Source of the DNA: Syntrophales bacterium
GTDB taxonomy: Bacteria; Desulfobacterota; Syntrophia; Syntrophales; UBA2210
NCBI GenBank assembly: GCA_963666365.2
Contig: CAXXNF010000002.1
Location: 992,001 to 1,056,000 of the forward strand
DNA: 64,000 bases
Reading direction: 5' to 3'
Below, one piece after another: positions 1 to 10,474 of this stretch. Under the pieces are notes generated by a model. That model did not search any database. It was not told where the DNA came from and worked only from the letters and a program-made list of their open reading frames with translations. Both the position numbers and the translations under genes were made by a program. The first letter of the stretch is position 1, and every line of letters begins with the position of its first letter.

Positions 1-331
1 TGGTCCCCGTGGGACCGCAGAACTGCACCTTGTACTCAAGGTGACGGGGCTGCAATATCGTGTAGTACAGCTTTTCAAGAAACTTCTTCTTTGCCGTCGT
101 CGCCTTGTCGAGACCATGCACGATCCCGTCGTTTTTGATGTATTCGATAAGGGCTTCGTTGACGATAGGATTGTTGTGCCCGTAGTTGATCGTCCCCGCG
201 CCCGCAAAGAAATCTATGTATTCCTTTCCCTGTTCGTCATAAAGTGTGGACCATTTTGCACTGCTGAATACAGTGGGAAAATGACGCACATAACTTCTAA
301 CCTGTGATTCAAGCTGTTCAAATATTCTCAT
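1..331 (-). CDS. ectB: Diaminobutyrate--2-oxoglutarate transaminase, 5' part (runs off the window start)
   Basis: Not in the ORF track. Manual minus-strand translation from ATG at 331 gives [22 protein letters not shown]...[18 protein letters not shown]...HGLD...[10 protein letters not shown], the typical EctB N-terminus. It lies directly downstream of ectA and has an AGGAG SD. Confidence 0.93.
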   Translation of the reverse strand, partial: MRIFEQLESQVRSYVRHFPTVFSSAKWSTLYDEQGKEYIDFFAGAGTINYGHNNPIVNEALIEYIKNDGIVHGLDKATTAKKKFLEKLYYTILQPRHLEYKVQFCGPTGT

Positions 332-352
332 ATCTTCTCCTTTTATAATTCG

Positions 353-871
353 TTATTGCCGGTCGGTGTTGAGCGGACCGATACGGATACAACGTTCCTC
401 TTCATGTGTCCTGCCGCCGAAAAGGTCCTCCGTCAAATAGGAATGCTGCTGGAATGAAGCGGCATGTTTCTCTGCAAAGACCTGATAAAACCGCAGCGAT
501 GAGCGATTCGAGGGGGTAACCGTCGTTTCGATAAAAGATGCCCAGGGTGCACCCTCTGAAAGTAGACGATCCAACATGGCGCCGGCAAGCCTTCGGCCGC
601 GCATCTTCTCCGCGACGGCCACCTGCCATACAAAAAGCGTATCCTCCTGTCTCGGATGCCGATAGGCAGAAATAAAACCCACCACTTCCGATTGCCGCTC
701 CGCCATTATGCATGTCTCTCTAAAATGATCACACAACAGCAGATAGCAATAGGAAGAGTTCAGATCGAGCGGCGGCGACTTCCGTATCAATTCATACACG
801 GCCGCCCCATCCTCCAGCGTCGGCATGCGCAAGATAACAGCGCCTTCCCTCATATGTTCAGCCTCACTCAT
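353..871 (-). CDS. ectA: L-2,4-diaminobutyrate acetyltransferase
   Basis: PPLDLNSSYCYLL, DTLFVWQVAV..RGRRLA and ETTVTPSNRSS motifs of EctA. Start uncertain (898, 871 or 853). Confidence 0.92.
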   Translation of the reverse strand: MSEAEHMREGAVILRMPTLEDGAAVYELIRKSPPLDLNSSYCYLLLCDHFRETCIMAERQSEVVGFISAYRHPRQEDTLFVWQVAVAEKMRGRRLAGAMLDRLLSEGAPWASFIETTVTPSNRSSLRFYQVFAEKHAASFQQHSYLTEDLFGGRTHEEERCIRIGPLNTDRQ

Positions 872-1145
872 AGACAAACTTCCCTGCAGACAGGGCATAC
901 CTCGGAATCGATCGCCCTGGCCGCTTACGTGCGATTATCACACAACGGATGTACTCTGGATTACCGCCGCAACGCTTATCTCTGGAAGAACCATCATGCA
1001 GATAACCGCCGCCGCTAAAGGGGCAGGGTCACAAAAACCGGCAACATCAAACTATCAGCAGTCAGACACAGTACCAATCGCACAATCACCCCTTCAACTC
1101 TCGACCCGGCTTTTGTTTTACCTATCATTTGTTGAATTGAAACTA

Positions 1146-1174
1146 TTTATACACTAATAGTGCGCGGCTGTCAA
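1146..1174 (-). promoter_or_regulatory. Sigma70-type promoter for the ect operon
   Basis: Minus strand reads TTGACA-17 nt-TATAAA. A palindrome ACTATT-8-AATAGT (1142-1161) overlaps the -10 box. Confidence 0.65.
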
Positions 1175-1206
1175 GGCAGCGTCCCGGAAAAACCCTGAAG
1201 ACCGCC

Positions 1207-1235
1207 TTGACAGGACTCTTGCCCCTCCCTATAAT
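1207..1235 (+). promoter_or_regulatory. Consensus sigma70 promoter
   Basis: Exact TTGACA-17 nt-TATAAT upstream of a GGAGG SD and the ATG at 1268. Confidence 0.75.
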
Positions 1236-1267
1236 CCATACACACAAAACAGAGGGAGGTACCCAAC

Positions 1268-1789
1268 ATGAAAGAAGTTCCGGCGTACGAGAAATATCCT
1301 GTCAGCGAAGAAGTAATGGGAAAACGTTACAAAAACTGGACAGAAGCGCTTGCCAGGCAGATGGTGACCCTTTACAGAATCGGAAAAGAGGTGGGGGGCG
1401 ATAAATTTGTTGAACGTCTGAAGGAAGAATATTACGAGAGCGGCCGAAAGGGAGCGGGTATGTGGATGAACTTTACGGGCACTACGAAAAACGACTTTAA
1501 AGATTGCTCACACCTTCCCAAAATTCATGATCTTATCGACGACACATTCGCCAACTACTGGGACGGATATGTGGAGCAGACCTCCCAGGCATTTGAAAAA
1601 GAACTCTATACCTGTCCCGTGGCAAAAATATGGTCGAAGGAACCTGATCTGTGTGAAGTGCTGTTGGGAGAATCCTTGCGAGGCATGGCCACGGAACTCA
1701 ATCCCAAATTCAAAACCGAAGGGTTCAGCAAACTACTGACCAAGGGCGACAGCGTCTGCCGCTTCCGTGTTGAATTGGAAGAGGAATAA
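1268..1789 (+). CDS. L-2-amino-thiazoline-4-carboxylic acid hydrolase / V4R-like family protein
   Basis: 173 aa with CPVAKIW...LC...LTKGDSVCRF cysteine pattern; strong promoter and SD. Confidence 0.65.
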   Translation: MKEVPAYEKYPVSEEVMGKRYKNWTEALARQMVTLYRIGKEVGGDKFVERLKEEYYESGRKGAGMWMNFTGTTKNDFKDCSHLPKIHDLIDDTFANYWDGYVEQTSQAFEKELYTCPVAKIWSKEPDLCEVLLGESLRGMATELNPKFKTEGFSKLLTKGDSVCRFRVELEEE

Positions 1790-1955
1790 TCGTTGTGCTC
1801 ATCGGGACGGCTGTTTCTAATCCGGCGAGACCGACATAATCGGTCATCTGTCAATTGAAAAACAGGCAATATGACGGTCCCCTAAAAAATCACACCTCAT
1901 CCTCTGCCACTAGGGAAGGGGAATCTGAGCTGCGCAACAACTGATTTTTTTCTCC

Positions 1956-2012
1956 CGCGGAGACGCCGAGGCACAGAGAAAAACATTTTCCCCTGTCCTC
2001 AGCGTCTCTGCG
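1956..2012. repeat. REP-like imperfect palindrome
   Basis: CGCGGAGACGCCGAG ... CTCAGCGTCTCTGCG arms. Confidence 0.5.
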
Positions 2013-2113
2013 CGACAATCCGCTCTTTTTTCTTCTACTCTGCCCGGGAAACAATGCGTTACCTTCCATTATAATGCCGATCTTTCGGCATAGCAGAGCT
2101 TTTCATTACATAG

Positions 2114-2269
2114 TGTCATTGCGGGCAACCGAAGAGAGCACTACAATCCCACCTGTGCATCGGCGCACGACCCGTGACATTCCCTCATCGCTGCACTCCC
2201 CGCATTGACACAAACACCTGTCATTGCGAGCAACCGAAGGGCGCGCGGCAATGCCACCTGCGCACCGGC
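2114..2269 (+). repeat. Two ~51-bp direct copies of a TGTCATTGCG...CAAT REP-like element
   Basis: TGTCATTGCGGGCAACCGAAG... at 2114 and TGTCATTGCGAGCAACCGAAG... at 2219. Confidence 0.65.
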
Positions 2270-2330
2270 AGCAATGAAGGTCCCGTAAAAAATCGCTACT
2301 CACCCTTTCGTTTTACTCATTCTCCGACAT

Positions 2331-2502
2331 CGGATCATCCCCGCGTGTGCGGGGAACATAGCCCTATTCGTACCGTTCTATCAGAAATCATCGGTGCATC
2401 CCCGCGTGTGCGGGGAACATTTGCCTCGGCGTGATATTTTGCGTAAATCCCTCGGTGCATCCCCGCGTGTGCGGGGAACATCCATGCCCCACATAGGCTA
2501 AA
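2331..2502 (-). CRISPR. Trailer (old) end of the type I-E CRISPR array: 3 degenerate repeats plus the left part of an interrupted spacer
   Basis: Repeats at 2331, 2392 and 2453 (61-bp period) with CGGATC/CGGTGC instead of CGGTTC. Confidence 0.93.
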
Positions 2503-2561
2503 TGTCAATGGTCTTTTAAAAATGAGCCATTTTCGGTCGTGAAAACTGAGCCACTCGCCTC

Positions 2562-3332
2562 TTAACCATGGTCCATTTTTTCCTCCCCTTGCTCAGTGTT
2601 TTTCCGAAGTCTGTAACTGTTGCCCCGGATATTTATTATAATGCTGTGATGGAGCAGGCGATCCAGAAACGCCGTGACGATGACCGGATCGTGAAACAGC
2701 TCGGTCCAGTCGGAAAAGGCCTTGTTGGACGTGATCACAGTGCTGGCCTTCTCATAGCGGTTGGCAATGAATCTGAAAAAAAGGTTGCATTCCTCTCTGT
2801 CGATTGGTGTATAGCCGACCTCGTCAACGATCACCAGTGCCGATTTGTAATAGCTTCTTCCTCTGCCTTTGCGTCCTGCCTCGTGATCTTTTTTCAGTTT
2901 CCCGATTAGATCCTCCATCGTCGTAAAGTAAATGCTCATGCCCGCCTGACAGGCCTTCAATGCGAGAGAGACGGCCAGGTGGGTCTTGCCCACGCCCGGA
3001 GGCCCCAAAAAGATGACATTCCCTTTCTCACGGATAAAGGTCAGATCGAAAAGCGACATGACTTTCTGACGATCCAGCTTGGGTTGAAAGGTAAAGTCGA
3101 ATTCATCAATGCTCTTGATAAAGGGGAGCCCCGATATCTTCAGCGCCGTTTCCACCCGTCGCTGTTCCTTGCAGGCGATTTCCTCTTCCAGCAGTTCGTC
3201 GAGAAAGGAAAGATAGCTTGCGCTTTTTTCCTCGGCCGTTTTGGTCGCCTGTACAAGTATGGCGCCCATTCGGGAGAGCCGAAGCCGCGTGAGACTGGAC
3301 TGTATGCGATCGACAAGCAATGTCTCGTTCAT
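2562..3332 (-). CDS. istB: IS21 helper ATPase IstB
   Basis: Walker A GPPGVGKT, IVDEVGY, ITSNK, DRLLHH, GNSYR motifs. Confidence 0.96.
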   Translation of the reverse strand: MNETLLVDRIQSSLTRLRLSRMGAILVQATKTAEEKSASYLSFLDELLEEEIACKEQRRVETALKISGLPFIKSIDEFDFTFQPKLDRQKVMSLFDLTFIREKGNVIFLGPPGVGKTHLAVSLALKACQAGMSIYFTTMEDLIGKLKKDHEAGRKGRGRSYYKSALVIVDEVGYTPIDREECNLFFRFIANRYEKASTVITSNKAFSDWTELFHDPVIVTAFLDRLLHHSIIINIRGNSYRLRKNTEQGEEKMDHG

Positions 3333-4588
3333 AGGCCCATCTCCCCGACGAGCGAGTCATACAGCGCTGTGGGACGGATTTCAACGTCCATGGTGGCATA
3401 GGACGACTTCAAGGGACTGATGGTGCATTTGGCGCGTCCCTTACCGTGTCTGCCCCGGCCATATTTGCGCTTGTTCATCTCCCGGTCTTTTCTGAGCGCC
3501 TCGTAGAAGCGGGGATCTTGGACCAAGTTCCCCTTGCCTTCCGGAATGTCGTACGTCGCCAACAGGCAATCGTCGTGGAATATCCGCATGCATCTGTCCT
3601 TGACCCGTAAAATCAGATGCTTCCCCACCACGGTATGGGGCACTACATAACTGTTGCCTTCGAAACGGACCAGGCAGTCCTTGCTGACCTTGCGGTACAC
3701 GCGGTACGACGTATCGAAAGGGCGGGAAGGCAACGCCTGTAAATGAGGAAGTTCGCGGGCGAAACGGCACGCTACGACTTCATGGGTGGTGCCGTGCACA
3801 CGCTCGTCTTTCATTGCAATCCATTGCTGAAGATCTCGATTGGCCGTTGTGAGACACACATATCCGTACCCCCTCCAGAACCCTTCACGGATGAAATGGT
3901 AGGGCCGCTCGACTTTTCCCTTCACCCAGGCGGCATAGGCGGGGGCAACCGCCGGTTTGAACCCATTATGCAGCGCAAAGGCCATCAGCGTGTCGTTGAA
4001 TCGATCTTTGCCGGCCAGTTTCCCGATGAACACGTTTCTCATGCGATCGTAAAGTATCTCCGCCGGGATGCCCCCGAAATGTTCGAAGGCGCGAATATGA
4101 CAATCGAGAAAGGTGGGCAGGTCGCATCGCTCAATGAATTCGCCATACAGTTTTCTGGAGTATCCCAGAATCATTGAAAACAGATAGAGCTTCTTGACGC
4201 TCCCGTCGGCATTGGCAACCTGGAATTCACCAAAATCCACCTGCGCCTGAAAGCCCGGCTCCGTCTCAAACCGCATATAGGCCACGCGCTGTTGTTCCGC
4301 TTTGAGCTGATGCACCTGCCTTTTCACGATTTCATAACTTCCGGTAAATCCCATTGCACGGAGCCGATCATAGAGCAGGGTGGCCCTGTACTCGCCGTCT
4401 TCCTCCAACCATGCCGCAATATTGTCCCTATAGGGATCTACGAGACTCTTGCGCTTCGCCTTCTCTCTCGTAACTCCCTGATCCCCTTGATTCTCTATAT
4501 ACTTCTTCACCGTGTTCCTGCTGATCCCCAGCTTCCGTGAAATGTGCCTCTGGCTCAGTCCTCTTCTCTGTAATAACAATATGTCCAA
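3329..4588 (-). CDS. istA: IS21 transposase IstA
   Basis: N-terminal HTH, RFETEPGFQAQVDFG, LYDRM, KGKVER. TTG start with AGGAG SD; overlaps istB by 4 nt. Confidence 0.95.
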   Translation of the reverse strand: MDILLLQRRGLSQRHISRKLGISRNTVKKYIENQGDQGVTREKAKRKSLVDPYRDNIAAWLEEDGEYRATLLYDRLRAMGFTGSYEIVKRQVHQLKAEQQRVAYMRFETEPGFQAQVDFGEFQVANADGSVKKLYLFSMILGYSRKLYGEFIERCDLPTFLDCHIRAFEHFGGIPAEILYDRMRNVFIGKLAGKDRFNDTLMAFALHNGFKPAVAPAYAAWVKGKVERPYHFIREGFWRGYGYVCLTTANRDLQQWIAMKDERVHGTTHEVVACRFARELPHLQALPSRPFDTSYRVYRKVSKDCLVRFEGNSYVVPHTVVGKHLILRVKDRCMRIFHDDCLLATYDIPEGKGNLVQDPRFYEALRKDREMNKRKYGRGRHGKGRAKCTISPLKSSYATMDVEIRPTALYDSLVGEMGL

Positions 4589-4747
4589 AACGGTCTCCTT
4601 TTTTTCAAATCAGCCACCTCGATTACTCTGAGATAAATAACCATACTTTACTCATTCATCTCATTAACTCCACCTCTAAGTGGCTCACTTTTAAACGACC
4701 ATTTTTGGCTCAGTTTATCACGACCATGAACACTAAAACAGTCCGGC

Positions 4748-7460
4748 CGGTTCATCCCCGCGTGTGCGGGGAACATTGTTGACTCGTTCAAAGATCCCCA
4801 TGTGGCCGCGGTTCATCCCCGCGTGTGCGGGGAACATATTGTTAATCGAAGCTGTTCCCATTGTTTGTCCGGTTCATCCCCGCGTGTGCGGGGAACATAT
4901 GATTTTCTCGTTGTCGATCGGGCCGTCCGTCGGTTCATCCCCGCGTGTGCGGGGAACATGCCATAAGCACGGAAGAAAAGCAAAATCAAATAGGTTCATC
5001 CCCGCGTGTGCGGGGAACATTAATCTCGGGTCTATTTCCAAGAAATTTCTTACGGTTTATCCCCGCGTGTGCGGGGAACATGGAACCGGCCGTCACTTGC
5101 TCTATGGCACTGTCGGTTCATCCCCGCGTGTGCGGGGAACATGAGGGTACCGTGTGGGAACTGATCGGAGGATGCGGTTCATCCCCGCGTGTGCGGGGAA
5201 CATATTAGGATATGTCAATACATACAACAATAATACGGTTCATCCCCGCGTGTGCGGGGAACATCATCCGGGATTTTTGGGGAATTCGTCAAACGGCGGT
5301 TCATCCCCGCGTGTGCGGGGAACATAGATCCGCCAGCCGCTTTTTGATGGCATTGACCGGTTCATCCCCGCGTGTGCGGGGAACATTCGGCATACCCTGA
5401 AACATCGTCCCCGTAGGTCGGTTCATCCCCGCGTGTGCGGGGAACATTCGGAACGAACGTCCTGCGGGCCCGCAAATCCCGGTTCATCCCCGCGTGTGCG
5501 GGGAACATAGGCCAAGGATGGTTTTAACCTGTGCGAGCGTCGGTTCATCCCCGCGTGTGCGGGGAACATGCCCGCAATTTGCACTTCTTAATGATATGCA
5601 CCGGTTCATCCCCGCGTGTGCGGGGAACATTGGAACGTGTCGGGACTGCGAAACATATCCCCCGGTTCATCCCCGCGTGTGCGGGGAACATTCCCGAGAG
5701 CGCCGGTGAAGATCGGGCTTTTCCGGTTCATCCCCGCGTGTGCGGGGAACATTCGAACACCCGCGCCCACCATTCGGACTCGCGCGGTTCATCCCCGCGT
5801 GTGCGGGGAACATGATACCTTCGATGCTGAAGCCCGGTTGCTGTACGGTTCATCCCCGCGTGTGCGGGGAACATTGCCACAATCAAATAATGATCGCCGC
5901 CAGTGTCGGTTCATCCCCGCGTGTGCGGGGAACATTCACTTTCCTCTCTCCCTTCCACTTTCAAAACCGGTTCATCCCCGCGTGTGCGGGGAACATATTT
6001 TCAAGAAGTTATCAACGCTCATTTTTTTCGGTTCATCCCCGCGTGTGCGGGGAACATTTGCAGAGGTCGCCGTTAAAGCTCCGGCATTACGGTTCATCCC
6101 CGCGTGTGCGGGGAACATATTGCCAGAAGCATCCCAATTTATGCCTCCGTCGGTTCATCCCCGCGTGTGCGGGGAACATTTCTTACTTATAGCCACCATA
6201 TCTGTAGGCAACGGTTCATCCCCGCGTGTGCGGGGAACATCTGAACGTCAAAAAGAAGACCGTGGATGACACCGGTTCATCCCCGCGTGTGCGGGGAACA
6301 TTATTCCTGTTTCGTTTTTCGGTATCCACAGCGCGGTTCATCCCCGCGTGTGCGGGGAACATAGGGTGTCGGGGAGAGTTATACTGAAGACCCCCGGTTC
6401 ATCCCCGCGTGTGCGGGGAACATTTGTCCATACCAAAAAGCCGGACCTCGACAACCGGTTCATCCCCGCGTGTGCGGGGAACATTTTCGATGATTGACGT
6501 TGGGATCGACGGGATACGGTTCATCCCCGCGTGTGCGGGGAACATTGTCTCTCTGGTAGTCCCTCGCGTCGAATGTTCGGTTCATCCCCGCGTGTGCGGG
6601 GAACATCTGGTTCATCGCTTCCAGCAGGAACCTCCCCTCGGTTCATCCCCGCGTGTGCGGGGAACATCTCGGCATCGCAGGATTCACGGCGGGAATCATC
6701 GGTTCATCCCCGCGTGTGCGGGGAACATATCGTTGGCAGTTTCAATCAAGACAGGTCAACCGGTTCATCCCCGCGTGTGCGGGGAACATGTATTAACCTT
6801 GGCAGCCATAGCCACTATCGGCGGTTCATCCCCGCGTGTGCGGGGAACATTCTATTGTTTTACGTCTCATTTTCCCTACCTCCGGTTCATCCCCGCGTGT
6901 GCGGGGAACATCTGGTAGCCGTCGCCCACCCACACGTAATGCTCGGTTCATCCCCGCGTGTGCGGGGAACATGTGATTCCGGTATTGTAGGCGTCCACGA
7001 AATCCGGTTCATCCCCGCGTGTGCGGGGAACATTTGCGACCAACGATGGAACGCCGACAGAGATACGGTTCATCCCCGCGTGTGCGGGGAACATTAGCAG
7101 ACAGTCATTGTGGTCATGTCGCCGGGCGGTTCATCCCCGCGTGTGCGGGGAACATTACACACGCATCAGCATGTGACCACCCGATAGCGGTTCATCCCCG
7201 CGTGTGCGGGGAACATCCCGGTCGCCACGACCTGGCCGGTGGAGTGGACGGTTCATCCCCGCGTGTGCGGGGAACATGGCACGCCAATCGTGGTGACGCG
7301 GGCGATCCCCGGTTCATCCCCGCGTGTGCGGGGAACATAGCTGATGCGCACGATCCGCGACGAGCAGTGGCGGTTCATCCCCGCGTGTGCGGGGAACATT
7401 ATGATAGGCGATTCAAACGCTGGGTTTGGAACGGTTCATCCCCGCGTGTGCGGGGAACAT
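4748..7460 (-). CRISPR. Type I-E CRISPR array, main part: 45 repeats / 44 spacers
   Basis: 29-bp repeat CGGTTCATCCCCGCGTGTGCGGGGAACAT (minus strand ATGTTCCCCGCACACGCGGGGATGAACCG), 32-bp spacers, 61-bp period from 4748 to 7432. The leader adjoins cas2. Confidence 0.99.
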
Positions 7461-7520
7461 GCTTCTTGTACATCTACGGTAATATTCAGTTTTCAAAGAT
7501 CAACAAATCCTACCAACTTT
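7461..7520 (-). promoter_or_regulatory. CRISPR leader
   Basis: AT-rich 60 bp between the cas2 stop and the first repeat. Minus strand starts AAAGTTGGTAGGATTT, resembling type I-E leaders. Confidence 0.75.
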
Positions 7521-8742
<1,222 letters not shown>

Positions 8743-8744
8743 GG

Positions 8745-9629
8745 TTAAATCCTTTTTACCATCATGAGACCACAACCAAATGCCTTGGCTGAACCGATAC
8801 CTTTGTAAAGCGCGTTGATAAATTGCATAGGATCTGTCACTTTGATTACTCCTTCAAAATCAGCAGAACTGAATCCGGCTGAACGTCCTTTTCGGGGGAT
8901 AGGATGCCAGCGGTATCCTTCTGCCTGAAATTTTAGACGCTTTTGTTTTTGATCAGTTGCTATAACAAATCCATTCTTTTTTCCTTTATCCCTTAACCAT
9001 TCTTCCAGTTTCAAATCCGAAGCAGCCTTCAGCGCCGATTCAAAAAGTTTTGCCGGAGATAATGTCTGGTCAAGAAGCTCCCGGTATCGTTCATTCACCT
9101 CCATCGTTTGCTCAAGTTTCGCCTTAATCCCAGAATCTTTCGATTCAAGCCATGATTCGAGAATCAGTTTTTTAAGATCAGATTTTTTGCCCACATTTTT
9201 CACTTCGGCAGCATGTGCCAATTCTCGCAAGCAGTGGTACTGTGCATCCATGACAACATCATGTCGCACAGAGTTTTTCCTGCCATTTTCTTTGCGCGCC
9301 ACCGTCGGATTCGCCCGCAACTTAAATGACAATTGTTCACCAGCAATAAAATTGGGGTTATAAATTTTGCTTTCAACAATAAACAAAGGATGTTCATTCT
9401 TGGGTTTGTTTTGTGACACTAAATAAAAGATTGGCTCTCCTCGGGCGCCCCTGTAATGAGGGATTTGTTCTCCTGCGATTTCTTCACGAAAAAGAAATTT
9501 TCGTTCTTGATCTCCCGGGAAGAAATCCCAAAACAACTGATGAACGCTGTAACCGTCACCACGGAGGATGTTATGCAAATGCGATAACTCACGGATATCA
9601 GGTTTTACCCTAACTCTGGAGAAATACAT
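8745..9629 (-). CDS. cas6e: Type I-E Cas6e/CasE (with large internal insertion)
   Basis: HQLFW, FKLRANPT and the C-terminal G-loop GIGSAKAFGCGLM. Confidence 0.93.
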   Translation of the reverse strand: MYFSRVRVKPDIRELSHLHNILRGDGYSVHQLFWDFFPGDQERKFLFREEIAGEQIPHYRGARGEPIFYLVSQNKPKNEHPLFIVESKIYNPNFIAGEQLSFKLRANPTVARKENGRKNSVRHDVVMDAQYHCLRELAHAAEVKNVGKKSDLKKLILESWLESKDSGIKAKLEQTMEVNERYRELLDQTLSPAKLFESALKAASDLKLEEWLRDKGKKNGFVIATDQKQKRLKFQAEGYRWHPIPRKGRSAGFSSADFEGVIKVTDPMQFINALYKGIGSAKAFGCGLMMVKRI

Positions 9630-10465
9630 TAGTCAACCTCCTTCATAAAAAGGTACTCTGGCCTCTGCGTGAATTGCCAACGTCTTCGAGAAAGAGGCTG
9701 ATCGTGCCTCGTAAGAATCTGTTGGGGTTCAAGATCATCGGTATTCCCTTCCCAATAATAGCGTACCTGATGCCTGTCGATAGATAAAATATGCACATCA
9801 TCCTGCGATAAATTCGCAAGGGAGGGTGATTCAGACAAAACACCTGTTCCTGCTTCTTTCCGGGCAACTCGAACCAAACGATCAGATATATACAAGGGAC
9901 CACAGGGGTACTCATCAAGTGCCTGTCGAAAACCTTTGGCAGTACGAACCACGGGCTTAAGCGGAGCTGCCAAAGGACATGCCTTGCGGCCAAGGTACAG
10001 ATGAAATTTAGGTTTCAGCAATGCATTACAAAGTTCTTCAAGGGTGTATGGCGCGTTTTCCAAGGGGCAAACTGCAATCAGTGACAACGAATCACAACGA
10101 TATTCACGGCTGGATAAAATCGTGCCCGAATGTTTTGGAACGTCTGCTTGATATCTTTTTAATGCTTTCAACTCATCTTTTCTGGTCTTCACAGGATATC
10201 TAGCAACAGCGACTTGTGGTGGAACCTGAGTGGTATGATAGTCCCGCAACAGGCTACCACCACTAATTACTTTCACGGCAAAGCTATAACCTGTAACCAA
10301 AGCAAGTTGTTGATCTTCCTCATCACGCCTGATTCCAAGAGCGGCTGCCAATAATCCGAGAAGAGCTGACTTGCCCGGATATGATGCAGTATGCCTGGAT
10401 TCTCCAACCGCGATTTCGCCCCAACTGGCCAACGGACCATATAGACGAAAAAGCAAATATTCCAT
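9629..10465 (-). CDS. cas5e: Type I-E Cas5/CasD
   Basis: LYGPLASWG, PGKSALLGLLAAALGI, DYHT, LYLGRKACP. Confidence 0.95.
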   Translation of the reverse strand: MEYLLFRLYGPLASWGEIAVGESRHTASYPGKSALLGLLAAALGIRRDEEDQQLALVTGYSFAVKVISGGSLLRDYHTTQVPPQVAVARYPVKTRKDELKALKRYQADVPKHSGTILSSREYRCDSLSLIAVCPLENAPYTLEELCNALLKPKFHLYLGRKACPLAAPLKPVVRTAKGFRQALDEYPCGPLYISDRLVRVARKEAGTGVLSESPSLANLSQDDVHILSIDRHQVRYYWEGNTDDLEPQQILTRHDQPLSRRRWQFTQRPEYLFMKEVD

Positions 10466-10474
10466 TGCTCCCTC

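Larger units (their letters stand above)
2503..4732 (-). mobile_element. IS21-family insertion sequence
   Basis: TG...CA ends, imperfect terminal IRs (TGTCAATGGTC / TGTTCATGGTC), repeated subterminal TGAGCCA boxes, 5-bp target duplication CTAAA (2498-2502, 4733-4737), istA-istB inside. Confidence 0.95.

Noticed and set aside
4589..4621. A7 run upstream of istA suggesting a programmed frameshift from an upstream TTG
   Set aside because: The in-frame TTG at 4588 has its own well-spaced AGGAG SD, so no recoding is needed.
6607..6638. Spacer containing GGTTCATC, identical to part of the repeat
   Set aside because: Only 8 nt, and the 61-bp period is undisturbed; compatible with chance.
4748..7460. 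Possible self-targeting spacers
   Set aside because: No match to this window was noticed by eye. This was not exhaustive and needs BLASTN against the whole genome.
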